Shown one piece after another: positions 60,063 to 64,000 of a DNA stretch of 64,000 nt. The position numbers and the translations under genes were made by a program. Origin of the DNA: an uncultured Campylobacteraceae bacterium (GTDB taxonomy: Bacteria > Campylobacterota > Campylobacteria > Campylobacterales > JALSKU01); contig CAZKWE010000029.1 of NCBI GenBank assembly GCA_964556545.1, positions 2,829 to 66,828 on the forward strand. The letters are read 5' to 3'. How positions within the stretch are numbered: position 1 is the stretch's first letter; every line of letters starts with the position of its first letter. The notes under the pieces were generated by a model. The model searched no databases. It saw only the letters and a list, made by a program, of their open reading frames with translations, and was not told the DNA's origin.

Positions 60063-62264
60063 TTAATGAAAACCAACTTTTTTAGGAACATACTCGCCAT
60101 GCATTTTAACTCTCGCTTTTTGCATCAAATATATAACCACATATATACCCGCTGCAATCGCCCATGATACATAATGAGATCCAAGATCCAAATGCTTAGC
60201 TAATAGATCAGGTAAAAATGCAAATGGAACTACAATCAAAAACAGTAGTCTCTCCAATGGGTTTACTTTGGTTATAAAAAATCCTTGAATTGCTGATGTA
60301 AAGGCAAACATACCTAAAACGGCAAAGAGAAATATACTTACTATCTCTATAGGATTTGTTACCCAAACCCAACCTGCAACATCATTTGGATCTTCAGGAT
60401 TTACACTTTCAATCAAAAGTAATTTGTTATTAAAAAAGAACATAAATGGCAATATTGCAGTTCTTATATCATACATAAATCCTTGGAGTCCTGTTTTTAT
60501 AGGATCACTTTTGGCAAGTCCTGCAGCCGCATAAGCCGCCATTCCCACCGGAGGTGTATCATCTGCTAAAATTCCAAAATAAAATACAAACATATGTGCC
60601 GCAATTGCCGGAATAATATATCCGTTTTGAGCAGCAAGTTGCATAATAACCGGGGCTGTTAATGCAGCCATAACAATATAATTTGCGGTTGTAGGAAGTC
60701 CCATTCCAAGGATAAGCGAAGTAATAGCAGTAAAAAATAAAACTGCCAATATATAGCCGCCTGAAAGTTGATCGATAACATCTGCAAGGATAAGTCCTAT
60801 GCCGGTTAATGTAACAGAACCTACAACTATACCTGCAACTGCTGTTGCTATGGCAATTGGCACCATATTTTTCGCACCGTTGACCATTCCATGTGCTATA
60901 TCTACAAAACCGCCAAGCCATACCTCTTTTGTAAGTGGTTTTTTCTGAACTATAGCAGCAAACGGTCTTTGTACTACCATTATAGCCATCATAAATTCAA
61001 TCGCACTAAAAGCTGCTGCCTGAGCCGACATTCTAAGAATAATAAGGGTATGAATCAAAAAGTATATCGGTATGATATAATGAATACCTCTTATAAATAT
61101 AGGAAAAACTTTTTTTAATTTATCTTTACTTTCTCCTTTAATACCAAGCTTTTTTGCTTCCAAGTGCACTATATAAAACAAAGCAAAATAACTTGTAAAA
61201 GCAGGAATAAATGCCGCTCTTACAACATCAGTATAATTAATTCCCAAAAATTCAGCAATAATAAATGCCGCTGCACCCATAATTGGAGGCATAAGTTGAC
61301 CATTTACCGAAGATGCAACTTCAACGGCACCTGCTTTATGAGGCGGAAAACCAAGTCTTTTCATTAGAGGTATGGTAAAAGTACCGGTTGTTACCGTATT
61401 TGCTATGGATGAACCGGAAATTATACCCATAAGACCGGAGGCGGCAACTGAAGCCTTTGCGGGGCCTCCGTCAAATCTTCCCAAAAGATTATATGCCATA
61501 CTTATAAAATATTCTCCGGCTCCTGCTCTGTCAAGCAATGCACCAAAAAGCACAAATAAAAATACGAATCCCGCACTAACTCCTAGCGGAACTCCATAAA
61601 TACCTTCGGTTGTTAGCACCATTTGCCCCATTATCTTGCTGAGACTTGCACCTTTGTGTGCTATAATATCAGGCATATACGGACCAAAATAATCATAAAG
61701 CAAAAATATTGTTGCAATTGCCGGCAATGGAATACCAAGTACTCTTCTTGAACCCTCCAAAACCATAAATAAAACCGCTATAGCTATGACAATATCTGTT
61801 TGAGTCCAAGCTCCTGATCTCATAGCCAAATCATTATAAGCATACCACTGATACAAAGAGACAACAACACCTACAAGTGCAAAAGCCAAATCATACCAAG
61901 TAATAACTTTTCTTAAATGTGCCTTTTTAAGTATAGGATACATTGTAAAGGCAAGAAAAACACCAAATGCCAAGTGGGCTGCTCTAACATAAACTCCATT
62001 TATCGGATGGACTACTACAGCCAATTGAAATACCGACCAAGAAAATGCTACAACAGCAACAAGCCAGTACATCCAAGTATTTTTTTCAAAATCTCTTTGA
62101 CCTTCGAGTTCACTTAGAAGTTTTTCTTCATAATCTGCAGTTTTTGGAGTTATTATGACATCATCTATCTCTCCTGCCATATAATCCATCTCTTTTTCAC
62201 TGTCTTTAATGATATCCTTTAAATATTCATCCTTAACATCTTCTTTATTATTTTTATCTGACAT
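60063..62264 (-). CDS. TRAP transporter fused permease (TAXI-associated 4TM/12TM type)
   Basis: 733-aa polytopic protein downstream of a TAXI solute receptor. Confidence 0.85.
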   Translation of the reverse strand: MSDKNNKEDVKDEYLKDIIKDSEKEMDYMAGEIDDVIITPKTADYEEKLLSELEGQRDFEKNTWMYWLVAVVAFSWSVFQLAVVVHPINGVYVRAAHLAFGVFLAFTMYPILKKAHLRKVITWYDLAFALVGVVVSLYQWYAYNDLAMRSGAWTQTDIVIAIAVLFMVLEGSRRVLGIPLPAIATIFLLYDYFGPYMPDIIAHKGASLSKIMGQMVLTTEGIYGVPLGVSAGFVFLFVLFGALLDRAGAGEYFISMAYNLLGRFDGGPAKASVAASGLMGIISGSSIANTVTTGTFTIPLMKRLGFPPHKAGAVEVASSVNGQLMPPIMGAAAFIIAEFLGINYTDVVRAAFIPAFTSYFALFYIVHLEAKKLGIKGESKDKLKKVFPIFIRGIHYIIPIYFLIHTLIILRMSAQAAAFSAIEFMMAIMVVQRPFAAIVQKKPLTKEVWLGGFVDIAHGMVNGAKNMVPIAIATAVAGIVVGSVTLTGIGLILADVIDQLSGGYILAVLFFTAITSLILGMGLPTTANYIVMAALTAPVIMQLAAQNGYIIPAIAAHMFVFYFGILADDTPPVGMAAYAAAGLAKSDPIKTGLQGFMYDIRTAILPFMFFFNNKLLLIESVNPEDPNDVAGWVWVTNPIEIVSIFLFAVLGMFAFTSAIQGFFITKVNPLERLLFLIVVPFAFLPDLLAKHLDLGSHYVSWAIAAGIYVVIYLMQKARVKMHGEYVPKKVGFH

Positions 62265-62289
62265 ATTTTACATCCTTAATGTGTAGATG

Positions 62290-62317
62290 ATACAGGCATG
62301 AAGGCTCATGCCTGTAT
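62290..62317 (-). promoter_or_regulatory. Intercistronic hairpin between the TAXI receptor and TRAP permease genes
   Basis: ATACAGGCATGA-AGGC-TCATGCCTGTAT, perfect 12-bp stem. No U-tract on the transcribed strand. Confidence 0.6.
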
Positions 62318-62334
62318 TTAAAATTAAACAGGTT

Positions 62335-63282
62335 TTATAGTAAACCTGCTTCTTTAAACGCTTTAACCGCTCCTGGATGTTGAGGAATTGATAAGCCGTC
62401 TAACAAACTTTTTTTAGTAATAGTTTTATAAGCCGGGTGCAATTTTTTAAATGCTGCAAAGTTATCAAGTATCGCTTTTGTAACTGTATAGACAACTTTT
62501 TCAGGAATTTTTGTGCTAGTTACAAGAACAGCTTTAACACCTATACTTGGTGTATCATGATTTACACCTTTATAAAATGCTCCTGAAATTACACCTGGTG
62601 CATAATAAGGATATTTTTTAAACAATTTGTCAATAGCAGGTCCTTTTATAGGTATAAGATCTATATCTACCGAATTTGCGGCATCTTTTATATTTGCTGT
62701 AGGATGGCCAAATACTGCAAAATAACCATCAATTTTATTGTCTTTTAAAAGTGTTGGCGCTTCGCTTGATTTCATCTCGTCAGCCAAAGCCAAATCACTA
62801 TCTTTTAGCCCAACGGCATGCATAACTATTTCAGTTGTCATTCTTGTACCTGAGCCCGGAGTGTCTATATTGATTCTTTTACCTTTTATATCAAGTAATT
62901 TTTTAATACCTGAATCTTTTCTTACAACCAAAGTAAGAAGCTCCGGATAAATTGCCATAACACTTCTTAATTCTTTTATAGGTTTGCCTTTGAATTTGCC
63001 TATACCGTTATATGCCTGATAAGCCGTGTCACTTTGGCTGATACCAAAATCAAGCTCACCGGCTTTTATGGTATTTACATTATATACCGAACCGCCTGTT
63101 GATTCAACCGAACATCTGATATGAGCTGTTTTTCTTAATTTGTTAACCATTCTACAGATTGCACCACCCGTTGGATAATAAACTCCTGTGACACCACCTG
63201 TACCTATCGTAATAAACTGGGCACTAAAAGCCGGAATCGCTAAACTTCCTGCCAATGCCAAACCAACAATTTTTGACTTCAT
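62335..63282 (-). CDS. TAXI-family TRAP transporter solute-binding protein
   Basis: Signal peptide (LALAGSLAIPAFSA). ITIGTGGVTGVYYPTGGAICRMVN motif characteristic of TAXI/Imp receptors. Confidence 0.85.
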   Translation of the reverse strand: MKSKIVGLALAGSLAIPAFSAQFITIGTGGVTGVYYPTGGAICRMVNKLRKTAHIRCSVESTGGSVYNVNTIKAGELDFGISQSDTAYQAYNGIGKFKGKPIKELRSVMAIYPELLTLVVRKDSGIKKLLDIKGKRINIDTPGSGTRMTTEIVMHAVGLKDSDLALADEMKSSEAPTLLKDNKIDGYFAVFGHPTANIKDAANSVDIDLIPIKGPAIDKLFKKYPYYAPGVISGAFYKGVNHDTPSIGVKAVLVTSTKIPEKVVYTVTKAILDNFAAFKKLHPAYKTITKKSLLDGLSIPQHPGAVKAFKEAGLL

Positions 63283-63432
63283 TGAAACTCCTTTGAAATA
63301 ATTTTGTAATAAAACTATACAATAAAATTATTTGATAAAACTTAAATTTTTTAATTTTTTTTACAAGTTTTATAATTTTTAAAATTATGTGATTTTTTTA
63401 AAAAAATTTTTCAAAAAATATATAATTTTTAC

Positions 63433-63461
63433 TTGACATACAAGGAAAAATAGAATATAAT
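63433..63461 (+). promoter_or_regulatory. Consensus sigma-70 promoter for tRNA-Asn
   Basis: TTGACA-17 nt-TATAAT, with the -10 ending about 20 nt before the tRNA 5' end. Confidence 0.75.
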
Positions 63462-63481
63462 TCTACCCTGTTTTTAAGTGT

Positions 63482-63556
<75 letters not shown>

Positions 63557-63722
63557 TTTTTTCTAATTTTAAAGCTCTACTTTTAACAATCTTCATCCCA
63601 ATTTTATTATAGTACGAAAATCTCTGATTGTATATGGGTATCCATATCTAACAATTTATCAAATCACAATTTTATCAATTTGAATTAAAAATCACAAAAG
63701 AAATATTATGCTACAATTTAGA

Positions 63723-63736
63723 CCAACCAGTTGGTA
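63723..63736. promoter_or_regulatory. Candidate TetR operator palindrome
   Basis: ACCAAC-CA-GTTGGT between a TACAAT -10-like box and the AAGGAG SD of the TetR gene. Confidence 0.4.
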
Positions 63737-63751
63737 TAGAAGGAGTAAAAA

Positions 63752-64000
63752 ATGGATACAAAAGAAAAGATTATTAAAGTAAGTTCCAAAATATTTGCAA
63801 AGCTTGGTTTTTCCGGTGTCCGTATAGATGCATTAGTAAAAGAAATTGGCATAAATAAAGCTACTTTTTATTATCACTTTAAAAGCAAGAAAGAAATTTT
63901 TGAAGTAATTGTAACGGAAAATGTACAAAAACTGCAAAATGAGATTGATAAGAAATTATCTGCATGTAAAACTCCTGAAGAAAAAATAAAAGGATTTATA
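63752..64000 (+). CDS. TetR/AcrR family transcriptional regulator, 3' end cut off by the window edge
   Basis: ATG 7 nt after AAGGAG. Hand translation MDTKEKIIKVSSKIFAKLGFSGVRIDALVKEIGINKATFYYHFKSKKEIF is a canonical TetR N-terminal HTH. Open to the end of the window. Confidence 0.8.
   Translation, partial: MDTKEKIIKVSSKIFAKLGFSGVRIDALVKEIGINKATFYYHFKSKKEIFEVIVTENVQKLQNEIDKKLSACKTPEEKIKGFI

Noticed and set aside
63283-63432. Extreme A/T tracts and short repeats (TTTTTTAA, AAAATT) between the TAXI receptor gene and tRNA-Asn as a possible repeat element or replication-related site.
   Set aside because: There is no defined repeat unit, DnaA-box-like motif or palindrome. This is consistent with a divergent promoter/UP-element region in an AT-rich genome.

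Overview
AT-rich chromosomal segment that looks like Campylobacterota (epsilonproteobacteria). The taxon call rests on gene content and order: LPP20 lipoprotein, an FlgR-type sigma-54 activator without a DNA-binding domain, an IS608-like element, and EF-Tu/EF-G/RpoBC sequences. A lysine/glutamate/isoleucine-rich proteome hints at a thermophile, but that is a guess. The window is mostly core housekeeping. It contains the end of metH, ilvD, mnmA and ffh-rpsP-rimM-trmD-rplS. It also holds the complete conserved block tRNA(Thr-Tyr-Gly-Thr)-tuf-rpmG-tRNA(Trp)-secE-nusG-rplKAJL-rpoBC-rpsLG-fusA. Further core genes are prs, lepA, gyrA, asd and hemE, plus amino-acid ABC, AzlCD and TAXI-TRAP transporters. 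I count ten tRNA genes. I see no rRNA, CRISPR array, prophage, reverse transcriptase or recognisable defence island, and no convincing novel multi-gene system. The best leads are: (1) a translationally coupled unit behind metH made of a TonB-dependent receptor, two orphan membrane proteins and a class-II PDE-GAF-HD-GYP enzyme; (2) a tandem duplicated, structure-preserving leader upstream of mnmA that carries a perfect 28-nt palindrome insertion; (3) a complete IS608-like tnpA-tnpB element whose inferred ends (TTAC / TCAA) place it on the last codons of a nitroreductase gene, with a predictable TnpB guide RNA; (4) a hairpin-dense 290-nt spacer with a 28-nt direct repeat inside a tRNA operon; (5) rpoB and rpoC overlapping, one frameshift away from the Helicobacter-type fusion. 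Coordinates of features absent from the ORF track were counted by hand and may be off by 1-2 nt.
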